A stretch of DNA of 64,000 nucleotides. It comes from an uncultured Rhodospirillaceae bacterium. GTDB lineage: Bacteria; Pseudomonadota; Alphaproteobacteria; JAEULC01. Positions 26,494 through 35,403 of this stretch are shown here, piece after piece. Position numbers and translations under genes: made by a program. How positions within the stretch are numbered: position 1 is the stretch's first letter; each line of letters opens with the position of its first letter. The stretch lies in contig CAYMTM010000001.1 in assembly GCA_964393375.1 (NCBI GenBank), forward strand, positions 258 to 64,257. Direction: 5' to 3'. Below the pieces are notes generated by a model, which saw only the letters and a list, made by a program, of their open reading frames with translations, was not told the DNA's origin and made no database searches.

Positions 26494-27807
26494 ATGCGTC
26501 GCTGGCCGCCGGTGTTCCCCGCCGACGGGCGCTTCGTGCTGCGCGATGCGCGCGTGCCGGCCTGCCTGGTCGACGTGCTGCCCGCGGGCGCCCGCGCCGA
26601 CGGCGAGGGGCTGGCCAGGCTCGACATCGCCGTCGCCGATGGTCGGATCGCGACAGTGCGCCCGGCTTCGTCGCAGACCGGTCAGCAGGACATCGACCTT
26701 GCCGGGACCCAGGTCTGGCCCTGCTTCGTCGACATGCACACGCATCTCGACAAGGGCCATATCTGGCCGCGCGCGGAAAACCCGGACGGCACGTTCGACG
26801 GCGCGATCGACACCGTCATGCGTGACCGCGAGCAGAACTGGTCGGCCGAGGACGTTGCGGCGCGGATGGACTGGGGCCTGCGCGCCTCCTACGCCCATGG
26901 TACCGCCGCGATCCGCACGCATATCGACTCGCAGCCGCCCCAAGCCGCTGTTTCCTGGCGGGTCTTTGCGCGGATGCGCGAGGAATGGAAGGGGAGGGTC
27001 GAACTGCAGGGCGCCACGATCATCCTGCTGGAGAACCTGCTGGGACCCTATGGGGAAGAGCTGGCCGACTTGGTGGCGCGGCATGGCGGCCTGCTGGGCG
27101 GGGTCGCCGCATGGTCGCAGGATATAGATGCCCATCTGGATCGCGTATTCGCGCTGGCGGGCGCACGCGGTCTCGATCTCGATTTCCATGCCGACGAAAG
27201 CGATGACCCTCAAGGGGCGAGTTTGCGGGCGATCGCTGCGGCCAAGCTGCGCCATCGGTTCACCGGCCGAGTCAATGTCGGGCATTGTTGTACGCTGGCT
27301 TTGCAGGCCCCGGCGGAGGTCGACCGGACGCTCGACCTCGTGGCGCGAGCCGGCCTGTCGGTCGTCAGCCTGCCGATGTGCAATCTCTATCTGCAGGACC
27401 GTACCTCGGGCCGGACGCCACGCTGGCGGGGCGTGACGCTGCTGCACGAGATGCGCGCGCGCGGCATTGCCGTTTCCGTCGCGAGCGACAATTGCCGCGA
27501 TCCGTTCTACGGTTACGGCGACCACGACGGGCTGGAGGTCTTCGCCCAGGCCGTGCGCATCGCGCATCTCGACCGGCCGATGGGCGGCTGGCCTTCGGCT
27601 ATCACGCGCACGCCGGCCGCTGTCATGGGGCTGCGGGCCGCCGGGCGCATCGCCGTGGGCGGACCGGCGGACCTGATCCTGTTCGACGCGCGCGGCTACA
27701 GCGAATTGCTGTCGCGGCCCCAGGCCGACCGCGTGGTGCTGCGCGCGGGAAGGCCGATCGACACGACGCTCCCCAGCTACCGCGAACTGGACGCACTGTA
27801 CGCATGA
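26494..27807 (+). CDS. metal-dependent amidohydrolase of the cytosine/creatinine deaminase (CodA-like) family
   Basis: 437 aa. The HTHLDKG metal ligands, a downstream HADE motif and a C-terminal Asp align with CodA-type deaminases. Confidence 0.75.
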   Translation: MRRWPPVFPADGRFVLRDARVPACLVDVLPAGARADGEGLARLDIAVADGRIATVRPASSQTGQQDIDLAGTQVWPCFVDMHTHLDKGHIWPRAENPDGTFDGAIDTVMRDREQNWSAEDVAARMDWGLRASYAHGTAAIRTHIDSQPPQAAVSWRVFARMREEWKGRVELQGATIILLENLLGPYGEELADLVARHGGLLGGVAAWSQDIDAHLDRVFALAGARGLDLDFHADESDDPQGASLRAIAAAKLRHRFTGRVNVGHCCTLALQAPAEVDRTLDLVARAGLSVVSLPMCNLYLQDRTSGRTPRWRGVTLLHEMRARGIAVSVASDNCRDPFYGYGDHDGLEVFAQAVRIAHLDRPMGGWPSAITRTPAAVMGLRAAGRIAVGGPADLILFDARGYSELLSRPQADRVVLRAGRPIDTTLPSYRELDALYA

Positions 27808-29204
27808 GCGGCATCGATGCCCTGCTCGGCGACCTGGGCGCGATCAGGACCATCGTCGACCGCGCACAGGTCAAGCTGCGCAGCCGCGACTTTTACTGGT
27901 ACAGCCCGATCCTGAAGAAGCAACTGAAGGACGTGACCGCCGATCTGGTCGTCCTGCCGGCGAGTGAGGATGAGCTGATCCAAACCCTGCGCGCGTGCCA
28001 TGCGCGTCGCATCCCGGTCACGCCGCGCGGCGCCGGCACGGGAAACTACGGACAGGCCATGCCCGTGCGGGGCGGCGTGGTGCTCGACCTGTCGCTGCTG
28101 ACCAAGGTGGAGCTGCGCGATCACGGCGTGCTGCGTGCCGCCGCCGGCGCCAAGCTGTGCGACATCGACCAGCAGGCGCGGGCGGCCGCGGGGTTGGAAC
28201 TGCGCATGCACCCCAGCACATGGCGCACCGCGACCATCGGGGGCTTCGTGTGCGGCGGATCCGGCGGTGTCGGCTCGGCCACCTGGGGCGGCCTGCGCGA
28301 CCGCGGCAATGTCACCGGCCTGCGTGTCGTCACCATGGAAGCGAAACCTCGCATTCTCGATCTCCGCGGCGACGACGTGCAAAAGGTGATCCACGCCTAT
28401 GGCACGACCGGGATCGTGACCGCGGTCGAGATGCCCCTGGCGCCGGCCCATGCCTGGATCGACCTGGTGGTGGCGTTCGACGACTTCGCCGAGGCGGCGC
28501 GTTTCGGCCACGTTCTGACGGCCCAGGATGCGCTGTTGAAGAAGCTTGTCACGCCGATCGCTGCGCCGATTCCGCGGCTGTATTTCCGCCAGATGCGCGA
28601 TATCGCGCCGCCCGAGTCCGCCCTGGTGCTGGCGATGATCGCACCCCAGGCGATGGAAGCGTTCCTGGCGCTCCTGTCGGGCTGGCGGGCGCAGCTTGTC
28701 TATCGCTCCGACACGACCGGGCGCGCTTCGCTGCCGCCGATCTACGAGTTCTCGTGGAACCATACGACGCTGCAGGCGCTGAAAGTCGATCGCACGGTCA
28801 CCTATCATCAGGTGCTCTATCCGCCGCCCGACCATCTCAGCCGTGTCGCGCGTCTGCGTGGCCGACTGGGCGACGACGTGCTGGATCACTTGGAATTCGT
28901 TCGCTACGACGGTCAAGTCGGGTGCTTCGGCCTGCCGCTGATCCGCTTCGCGGGCGCCGCGCGCCTGGCGGAAATCGAGGCGATCTATGCCGGCGAAGGC
29001 TGTCCCACCTTCAGCCCACACGCCTATACGCTGGAGGAGGGGGGAATGAAGAAGGTCGACCCGGTCCAACTCGCCTTCAAGCGCGAAACCGACCCTGACG
29101 GGCTGTTGAATCCAGGCAAGATGATTGCGTGGGACCGGCCGGACTACGACGACACGACGCAGAGGACGCATCTTTTCCCTGCGACCAACGCGGAGGCGCA
29201 ATAG
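27804..29204 (+). CDS. FAD-binding oxidase (FAD_binding_4 / GlcD-D-lactate-dehydrogenase-like)
   Basis: ATGA overlap with the upstream stop. The 27285 start in the track is an out-of-context extension. It has a PCMH-type FAD domain (PASEDELIQTLRACHARRIPVTPRGAGTGNYGQA). Confidence 0.75.
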   Translation: MSGIDALLGDLGAIRTIVDRAQVKLRSRDFYWYSPILKKQLKDVTADLVVLPASEDELIQTLRACHARRIPVTPRGAGTGNYGQAMPVRGGVVLDLSLLTKVELRDHGVLRAAAGAKLCDIDQQARAAAGLELRMHPSTWRTATIGGFVCGGSGGVGSATWGGLRDRGNVTGLRVVTMEAKPRILDLRGDDVQKVIHAYGTTGIVTAVEMPLAPAHAWIDLVVAFDDFAEAARFGHVLTAQDALLKKLVTPIAAPIPRLYFRQMRDIAPPESALVLAMIAPQAMEAFLALLSGWRAQLVYRSDTTGRASLPPIYEFSWNHTTLQALKVDRTVTYHQVLYPPPDHLSRVARLRGRLGDDVLDHLEFVRYDGQVGCFGLPLIRFAGAARLAEIEAIYAGEGCPTFSPHAYTLEEGGMKKVDPVQLAFKRETDPDGLLNPGKMIAWDRPDYDDTTQRTHLFPATNAEAQ

Positions 29205-29211
29205 ACCCGCG

Positions 29212-29796
29212 ATGCGCTGCCTCGTCGTCTATGCGCACCCTGTCGCGGAGAGCTACTGCGCGGCGCTGTGCGACCGCGCCGTTGGCGCTTTGAAGGAAGC
29301 AGGGCATGAGGTGCGGCTGGTCGACCTCTATGCCGAAGGCTTCGCGCCTGCGCTGTCGCGGGCCGAGCGCTTGACCTATCACACGCCTGGGGACAACGAG
29401 CAGACGGTCCGCGACCACATCGACCACATCAAGTGGGCCGAAGCCCTGATCTTCGTCTATCCGACCTGGTGGTACGGGCTGCCGGCGATGCTCAAGGGCT
29501 GGTTCGACCGTGTGTGGGTGCCTTTCGTCACCTTCACGCTGCCGAAGCAGGGACCGATCCGCGGCCTGATGGGCAATATCGTCCGGCTGGTGGTTATCAC
29601 GACCGCGGGTTCGCCCCGCCTGTGGTTAACGTTGATGGGCAATCCCGGACGGCATACGATCATGCGCGGGGTGCGTGCTTTGTGCCATCGCCGCTGCCGG
29701 CGCATATGGCTGGCGCATTACCGCATCGACCATTCGACCCCGGAAAGCCGCGCGGCGTTTCTCGACCGCGTCGCAAGGCGATTGAGGCGGCTCTAG
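29212..29796 (+). CDS. flavodoxin-like fold NAD(P)H:quinone oxidoreductase-type protein
   Basis: ATG 29212 (MRCLVVYAHPVAESYCAAL...). The motif YAHP...LIFVYPTWWYGLPAMLKGWFDRV is typical of the Flavodoxin_2 / NQO1-like family. Confidence 0.7.
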   Translation: MRCLVVYAHPVAESYCAALCDRAVGALKEAGHEVRLVDLYAEGFAPALSRAERLTYHTPGDNEQTVRDHIDHIKWAEALIFVYPTWWYGLPAMLKGWFDRVWVPFVTFTLPKQGPIRGLMGNIVRLVVITTAGSPRLWLTLMGNPGRHTIMRGVRALCHRRCRRIWLAHYRIDHSTPESRAAFLDRVARRLRRL

Positions 29797-30863
29797 CCGA
29801 GATCGAGACGCAGGAAATCGAAGAAGGCGTAGCTCTCCATCAGACGGTCGGGATCGATCTTGAGGAAACTTGCGGCCGGCAGCGGGGAAGAGGTGTCCCC
29901 CTGCGCTTTGATCGGCGGCGGGCCTTTGGCGAGTCCGCCCAGCAGATCATGGGGGCTGCTCTGCGAGGCGGCTTGGACATGCACTGGCCCGCAAGCAAAG
30001 GGCGCGTAACCATGCGCCTGGAACCGATGCCGGATCCAGTCACGGCTGTTGAGACGTTCCTCGCCCAGGTTCTGATACAGGAACAGGCCTACATCCGAGT
30101 CCTCGAGGACCAGCTTGGCGAGATGAATCAGGTAGCGCGCGGCGAACGGGTCCATCTCGCCCATCGCCGCATCGCAAACCACGACGTCCGCCTTGATGGG
30201 CGTCGATCGAAACAGCTCGGCGAAATGCCACCACGGGATCAGTGCGGCGCGTCCGGGAGGGAATGCGGCCGGCGGCGTGTCGGAGACGGCATAGTCCGTC
30301 AGATCGCCGCGCGCGATCCAGCGAAACAGGCGGTGCTGCCAAAGATACAACGCCTGGGTATTGTCGATCCCGACATAGCGATGGCCGCGCAGGAGACAAT
30401 AGGCGCCGAGGAACCCCGAGCCGGGTCCGACCTCGAGGACGCGCAGCCGGCGCCCGCGATGCGCGGCCGCGGCCTCGATCAGCCGGAGGATCGGCAGGGG
30501 CGGGAACAGGCACATCAGCGGCTGGACCGGCCGCCGGAAGAGTCTTGCCGTGAGCGTCTCGACCTCGCCCCGCAGAGTCAGGATGGCGTCCTGTTCGGCC
30601 CGCGACCATTCCAGGCGATTCAGCCAGTGGTCGCGGTCGAGGAGCTCGTACATGATGTCCGCGTAGCGGCGTAGCTCCGATTCCTGTGACACCTGCGTTG
30701 GGAAACCCACTTGCGCGAACGCAACGGGCGCGAACGACCGGATTGCGGGATAGGTCGCGCGTGCACGGGCGGCCGCCTGGCGGCGGTCGTACTCCTCGAT
30801 CGACAGGACGGGCAGCGCGGCATCGCTGGGCGGCGCAAGCGTTGCGAAAGGGTCCGGTGTCAT
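29793..30863 (-). CDS. class I SAM-dependent methyltransferase
   Basis: 357 aa from ATG 30863 (MTPDPFATL...). Motif I is LEVGPGSGFLGAY. The ATGA overlap with the upstream MT stop indicates coupling. The 729-aa ORF in the track fuses this gene with antisense junk. Confidence 0.7.
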   Translation of the reverse strand: MTPDPFATLAPPSDAALPVLSIEEYDRRQAAARARATYPAIRSFAPVAFAQVGFPTQVSQESELRRYADIMYELLDRDHWLNRLEWSRAEQDAILTLRGEVETLTARLFRRPVQPLMCLFPPLPILRLIEAAAAHRGRRLRVLEVGPGSGFLGAYCLLRGHRYVGIDNTQALYLWQHRLFRWIARGDLTDYAVSDTPPAAFPPGRAALIPWWHFAELFRSTPIKADVVVCDAAMGEMDPFAARYLIHLAKLVLEDSDVGLFLYQNLGEERLNSRDWIRHRFQAHGYAPFACGPVHVQAASQSSPHDLLGGLAKGPPPIKAQGDTSSPLPAASFLKIDPDRLMESYAFFDFLRLDLG

Positions 30864-31891
30864 CGCATGCCGACGGTTCTGGCCGCGCGGCCGAGCACGC
30901 GCCGCCACAGGGGACGGCGACGCGCAACGGGCGTCGGCATGGGGGTGGGAGGCGGCGGACGCCGTGCCGCGCCATCGAGCGGCGCAACGCCTTCCATCCG
31001 CTGGATCGGGGCGCGCAGCTTTTGCTCGCGCATCGGCTTGGCCAGGGCGACAAACATAAGATCGAACACGAAGCAAAGATGATGCCGCTCGGCCGGATAG
31101 GTGGCGTCGCCGGCGTCCCCGGGCGATAGGGATTCGAGGACCGCCCGTGTCTCGCCCGATAAGATGTTGGCGTGAAACCGGCGGACGACCTTCGTCATGA
31201 ACGTCTGCGTGTCTTCCATGTCGTGAAGCTGAATCGGCAGCCCGTCGAATTCGAACCGGCACGGCGGTCGCTCGGCTTGCAGCTTCTCGCGCACGAACAT
31301 GTTGTCGACATAGGAGAAGTCGAGCAGGCGATAGCCGTTGGCGCGGGCGAACTCGACGAACAGGTTGGGATTCGGCGTATAGAAACCGTGATTGGAAAAA
31401 GCAAAGGCCGGCACCACATGGAGCGCGACGCCGCCCGGCTTCAGCAGCGCATGCATGGTCTCGAAGACCCGCGCGATGTCGTAGACATGTTCTGCGGTGC
31501 CGAAGTCGGTAACGATGTCGAACTGGGGCAAGCCCTCGGCCGCGCGGTTGAGGTCGAGCTTGTAGGTGGCGCGATCGTCGTCCAGATCGGCGGAGCAGTA
31601 CTTCTCGACACCGAACAGCGCATAGTAGGCGGCCTGCCCGTCGCGTCGCGGCGTTTGCCCGTCGTACACCGCGGCGGCACCTACGGCGGCCGCGCCGCCC
31701 AGCGCCTGCTGCGCACGCGCCTCGAGATAGGCGCGCGGCACTTGGATGTCCTGCGGCCCAAGGTCGATCAGGCTGGCGCCGGCCGGCAGGAAACTCCGCC
31801 CATGCAGGCGGAACATCCACTCGGTATGCACGCATCCTATGGCCATGAACGCCGGTTCCGGCTGGTTGGCGCCGATTGACCGGCCTTGCAT
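30860..31891 (-). CDS. class I SAM-dependent methyltransferase (Methyltransf_11/12/23-like)
   Basis: Conserved DIVTDFGTAEHV / LLKPGGVALHVVP core. It has a low-complexity Pro/Arg tail. The start is uncertain (ATG 31891 or 31846); I chose 31891 to avoid overlap with the FkbM gene, which ends at 31948. Confidence 0.6.
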   Translation of the reverse strand: MQGRSIGANQPEPAFMAIGCVHTEWMFRLHGRSFLPAGASLIDLGPQDIQVPRAYLEARAQQALGGAAAVGAAAVYDGQTPRRDGQAAYYALFGVEKYCSADLDDDRATYKLDLNRAAEGLPQFDIVTDFGTAEHVYDIARVFETMHALLKPGGVALHVVPAFAFSNHGFYTPNPNLFVEFARANGYRLLDFSYVDNMFVREKLQAERPPCRFEFDGLPIQLHDMEDTQTFMTKVVRRFHANILSGETRAVLESLSPGDAGDATYPAERHHLCFVFDLMFVALAKPMREQKLRAPIQRMEGVAPLDGAARRPPPPTPMPTPVARRRPLWRRVLGRAARTVGMR

Positions 31892-31947
31892 ACAAGGCGG
31901 TCCAGCAGCGGTCAACGGCAGGTCGGTGGCGGGATGTCCGCGCAGGT

Positions 31948-33753
31948 TCAGAAGGTCGAGCTGCCGCGCACCGGCGCCGCATCGCCGCGGTAAAGAGCCG
32001 CGGCCGTATCGACGGCAGCCGTCAACGCGGCGGCTTGCGCCTGATCGCCGGCGGCGCGGAGGCGGGCGGCAAGCCATTGGCTGACTTCGAACGCGAATTC
32101 CACCTGCCCGAAGACTTCGGCGATCACTGCAAGCTTGATGGTTTGGTTCGTGTCAAGGGCCGTGAGCCCGCTGCTGCCGTCCGCGTCGACGGGATCACGC
32201 AAATACAGCGAATGCCCCTCGATCAGTTGGCCCCAGCTCGACACGAGTTGGCCCAGGCGGCCCACGAAGCCCGGCAAATGCTGGACGACGACCGGCGCCG
32301 CGGCACGCCCGACATAGTGATGGGCGACCAGGTCGAAGAAGGTGAATCCGGCGCGACGCAGGAAGGCGTCGATGTCGGAGAAGAACGGCCGCGCGAGATA
32401 GGATTCGACGAAGGCGGTCTCGGCCAGCACGCCCAGCATCCCGTCGAGGCATGGGCCGGCGGCTGCCAGAATGTCCAGCTCGGCACCTTGCACGTTGAGC
32501 TTGCAGAAATCGATCGCGGGGACGCCGGCGGATGCGGCCCATCGCGCGATCGAGGTGACCGGCATGTCCACGGTGCGCTCGGGCCGGAAAATCTCGCGCG
32601 CAAGCGACGTTTGGTGCGGGTTCTCGAACCGCCACCGGTCCGTGACCTTTGTGTTCTGATCGAGAAACGAACTGCCGCCGCTTGCCTTGTTGACGTGAAA
32701 GGGCAGCCTGCCGTCGTCCTTCCAAAGGCCGACCGGATAGTAGGCGCCCTGATAGCCGAGGTCGCGCAGGGTGCGGTTGAGGCGCTCGCATTCCGGCGGG
32801 TCCGGCTCGAAGCCGTGGAAGGAAAGGCGGTCCGCCGGCAGCTCGCGCCAGCGCGGATCGGCATGGGCGTCGCGCGCGCCTCCATCGAGCACGACAATCC
32901 GTTCGCCGCGCGGCAGCATTGCCAGGAGTCCCGGCGCAAGGCGCAGCCGCGGCTCCGGCTGGCGCGTTGGCGCGGCAGGGTTAGCCGTCCCGGCGCCGTC
33001 GGCCTCTCCAGCTCCGTCCAGATAGCTCGCCACTTGCCGCGCGATCTCGCCGATGTTGCGGCTGCCCGTCTGCTGGCGCGCCAGGTGGACCACGGCTGCC
33101 CATCCGCCCTCGTTGGAGGGATCGCGGCGCAAGAGGCCCTGGAAGACCCGCGCGGAGTCGGCGAAGCGGCCCAAATGGGCAAGCACCTGGCCCAGCGTGG
33201 CGCGCGCCGTGAGGTTGGCGGGATCGAGCGCGATCGCTTCCTCGAAGGCGGCAAGCGCGTCGTCGTAGCGCCCAAGCCGGGCATGGATGCTGCCGAGCTG
33301 AAACCAGGTATCGGCGCGGCGCGGCGCGAGCGCGCTTGCCACCCGGGCAAGGCGCTCGGCCTCGGCGGGATGGCCGGCATCGACGGCAGCGACGGCCGCC
33401 CCGAGAGCCGCGTCCGGATCGGAGACGCGCTCGATCAACGCCGAGAGTTCCGCCGCGCGCCCCGCCCTTACCAGCGATCCAAGCAGTTCCGTCTGCGCGA
33501 GCCGGCCCGCGCCGCGGCCAAGCCCATCCTGCAAGGCAGCGATTTTGAGCGGCAGTCCGCCGTGCACTTCCAGGAACCTGCCGAGGGCGGCCCAGGATTC
33601 ATCCGAGTCCGGCACGAGGCGCACGGCACGCGCATAGGCCCACTGTGCGTCGTGGAAACGACCGCGCCGGGCCAGGTAGGTCGCTTGCAGGCGCCCCAAC
33701 AGCCCAAACCGATGGCGGGCCGCGGAGACAAGCCGTTTCAGGTGCTGCTTCAT
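31948..33753 (-). CDS. TPR-repeat protein fused to an FkbM-family methyltransferase domain
   Basis: N-terminal TPR-like Ala/Leu repeats (AEAERLARVASALAPRRADTWFQLGSIHARLGRYDDALAAFEEAIALDP). The C-terminus has the FkbM signature (FHGFEPDP...IDFCKLNVQGAELDIL). The start at ATG 33753 is uncertain because there is no clear SD. Confidence 0.7.
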   Translation of the reverse strand: MKQHLKRLVSAARHRFGLLGRLQATYLARRGRFHDAQWAYARAVRLVPDSDESWAALGRFLEVHGGLPLKIAALQDGLGRGAGRLAQTELLGSLVRAGRAAELSALIERVSDPDAALGAAVAAVDAGHPAEAERLARVASALAPRRADTWFQLGSIHARLGRYDDALAAFEEAIALDPANLTARATLGQVLAHLGRFADSARVFQGLLRRDPSNEGGWAAVVHLARQQTGSRNIGEIARQVASYLDGAGEADGAGTANPAAPTRQPEPRLRLAPGLLAMLPRGERIVVLDGGARDAHADPRWRELPADRLSFHGFEPDPPECERLNRTLRDLGYQGAYYPVGLWKDDGRLPFHVNKASGGSSFLDQNTKVTDRWRFENPHQTSLAREIFRPERTVDMPVTSIARWAASAGVPAIDFCKLNVQGAELDILAAAGPCLDGMLGVLAETAFVESYLARPFFSDIDAFLRRAGFTFFDLVAHHYVGRAAAPVVVQHLPGFVGRLGQLVSSWGQLIEGHSLYLRDPVDADGSSGLTALDTNQTIKLAVIAEVFGQVEFAFEVSQWLAARLRAAGDQAQAAALTAAVDTAAALYRGDAAPVRGSSTF

Positions 33754-34083
33754 CCGAGCGATCGAACTTGCGGAGGGGCGAAGGGCCGCAGAGTAGCGGG
33801 TTTCTGTTCGCGCGAGTAGGCCCCTTCGCCACGCGACCGGAGGCCCGGTGCACCCGGTTGCCCGCATGGCGCAGCCAGCGCGGCGCGAGCCGTGCGGGCC
33901 AAGCGTGACAGTCGGCATCGCGATAGATATATAGGGCCGTCGCTGAGCGTCCATGACGGCGAAGGGCGAAACCGGAGTAGGGGCTAGGACAACCAGTCCG
34001 AAGACTGCTTTGGCGCAATCTGGCTACTCCTGAAGACGTGACAGATAAAGAGGGGCGCGTGGTCCAATGCGCCAGGAGCGATT

Positions 34084-35403
34084 ATGCGCGTTGCCGTGTT
34101 TGGTTTGGGTTATGTAGGTGTCGTTTCGGCTGCTTGCTTGGCCGAAGGAGGGCATGACGTCATCGGGGTCGACGTCAACCCCGTCAAGGTCAAGATGGTC
34201 TTGGACGGAACGTCACCAATCCTCGAAGATCGCATCGAGGACCTTGTGAAGGCGGCGGTCGCCGCCGGGAAGTTGCGCGCCACGGGCAGCGCCGAAGAGG
34301 CGGTCGCCGGCTCCGACATTTCGCTGATCTCCGCGGGGACTCCCTCGGGCCCCACCGGCGCTCCGATGCTCGACGCCGTCGACGCCTGCGTCGAAGCGAT
34401 CGGGCGGGCCATTCGCAGCGGCAATCCGAACAACCACACGGTCATTGTCCGATCGACAATTCCGCCGGGGACAACGGAGAAGCGCTTGCGGCCGATACTC
34501 GAGAAAGCCAGCGGGCGCACGATCGGCAACGGCCTCGACCTTTGCTTCAATCCGGAATTCCTGCGCGAGGGCTCGTCCGTTCACGATTTTCATCATCCGC
34601 CGCAGACGATCATCGGCTCGTTCACGGCCGAGGGACACGAGGCCGTCGAGCGGCTCTATGCCGGGATCGAGGCGCCCGTCGTCCGCACCAACTGCACGCT
34701 CGCAGAGTCAGTCAAGTATCTTTGCAACGCGTTTCACGCGGTGAAGATCGGCTTTGCCAACGAAGCCGGCGCTGTCCTGAAAGCGATGGGCGTCGATGCC
34801 CGAGACGCGCTGTCGGCGCTATGCAACGACACCGTGCTGAACATTTCGCCCGCCTATCTTCGCCCCGGCTTCGCGTTCGGCGGTTCCTGTCTACCGAAAG
34901 ACCTGAAGGGATTTCTTTACGCTGCCCAGCAGCACAATGTTCGCCTGCCATTTCTGGGACATTTGCTGGAAAGCAATCAGGCGCATATCGACCGCGCGTT
35001 CGACATGATAGCGCGGCTCGGCAGGCGCAAGGTGGCCCTGTTCGGCCTGGCGTTCAAGCCCGGGACGGACGACTTGCGGGAAAGCCCGCTCGTGACACTG
35101 GCAGAACGGTTGATCGGCAAGGGGTACGAACTCGCGATCTACGACCGCTACGTGGATGCAAGCCGCCTGCTGGGGAAGAACCGTGAGTTCATCGATCGCG
35201 AAATTCCGCATTTCGAGCGGCTTCTTGCCGCGAGTGCGGAAGAAGCGATAGCGCGATCCGAGACGATCGTGGTCGGTCATGCCGATCGGGCAGCACAGGC
35301 GGTGATCGCATCGGGCCATGGCGGCAGGCCGGTGATCGACCTGCAGGGGTTGCGCGCGCTGCAGACAGCGGAGGGCATGCGCTACGAGGGCATCTGCTGG
35401 TGA
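34084..35403 (+). CDS. algD: GDP-mannose 6-dehydrogenase (AlgD-type nucleotide-sugar dehydrogenase)
   Basis: 439 aa with SD AGGAG. The alignment with Pseudomonas AlgD (sequence recalled from memory) is nearly colinear: MRVAVFGLGYVGVVSAACL / NPEFLREGSSVHDF / YLRPGFAFGGSCLPKD / FKPGTDDLRESPLVTLAERLIGKGYELAIYDRYV. This is clearly not the UDP-glucose type, which is represented separately at 55924. Confidence 0.85.
   Translation: MRVAVFGLGYVGVVSAACLAEGGHDVIGVDVNPVKVKMVLDGTSPILEDRIEDLVKAAVAAGKLRATGSAEEAVAGSDISLISAGTPSGPTGAPMLDAVDACVEAIGRAIRSGNPNNHTVIVRSTIPPGTTEKRLRPILEKASGRTIGNGLDLCFNPEFLREGSSVHDFHHPPQTIIGSFTAEGHEAVERLYAGIEAPVVRTNCTLAESVKYLCNAFHAVKIGFANEAGAVLKAMGVDARDALSALCNDTVLNISPAYLRPGFAFGGSCLPKDLKGFLYAAQQHNVRLPFLGHLLESNQAHIDRAFDMIARLGRRKVALFGLAFKPGTDDLRESPLVTLAERLIGKGYELAIYDRYVDASRLLGKNREFIDREIPHFERLLAASAEEAIARSETIVVGHADRAAQAVIASGHGGRPVIDLQGLRALQTAEGMRYEGICW

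Noticed and set aside
27285-27803. 5' extension of the FAD oxidase ORF (639-aa version)
   Set aside because: The extension lies inside the CodA-like gene in another frame. The conserved FAD-domain alignment starts at ATG 27804, which forms an ATGA junction with the upstream stop.
29793-31982. 729-aa single minus-strand ORF
   Set aside because: Only its C-terminal 357 aa (from MTPDPFATL) form a methyltransferase. The N-terminal half is Arg-rich and is the off-frame shadow of the separate methyltransferase encoded by 30860..31891. It is split into two coupled genes (ATGA overlap).
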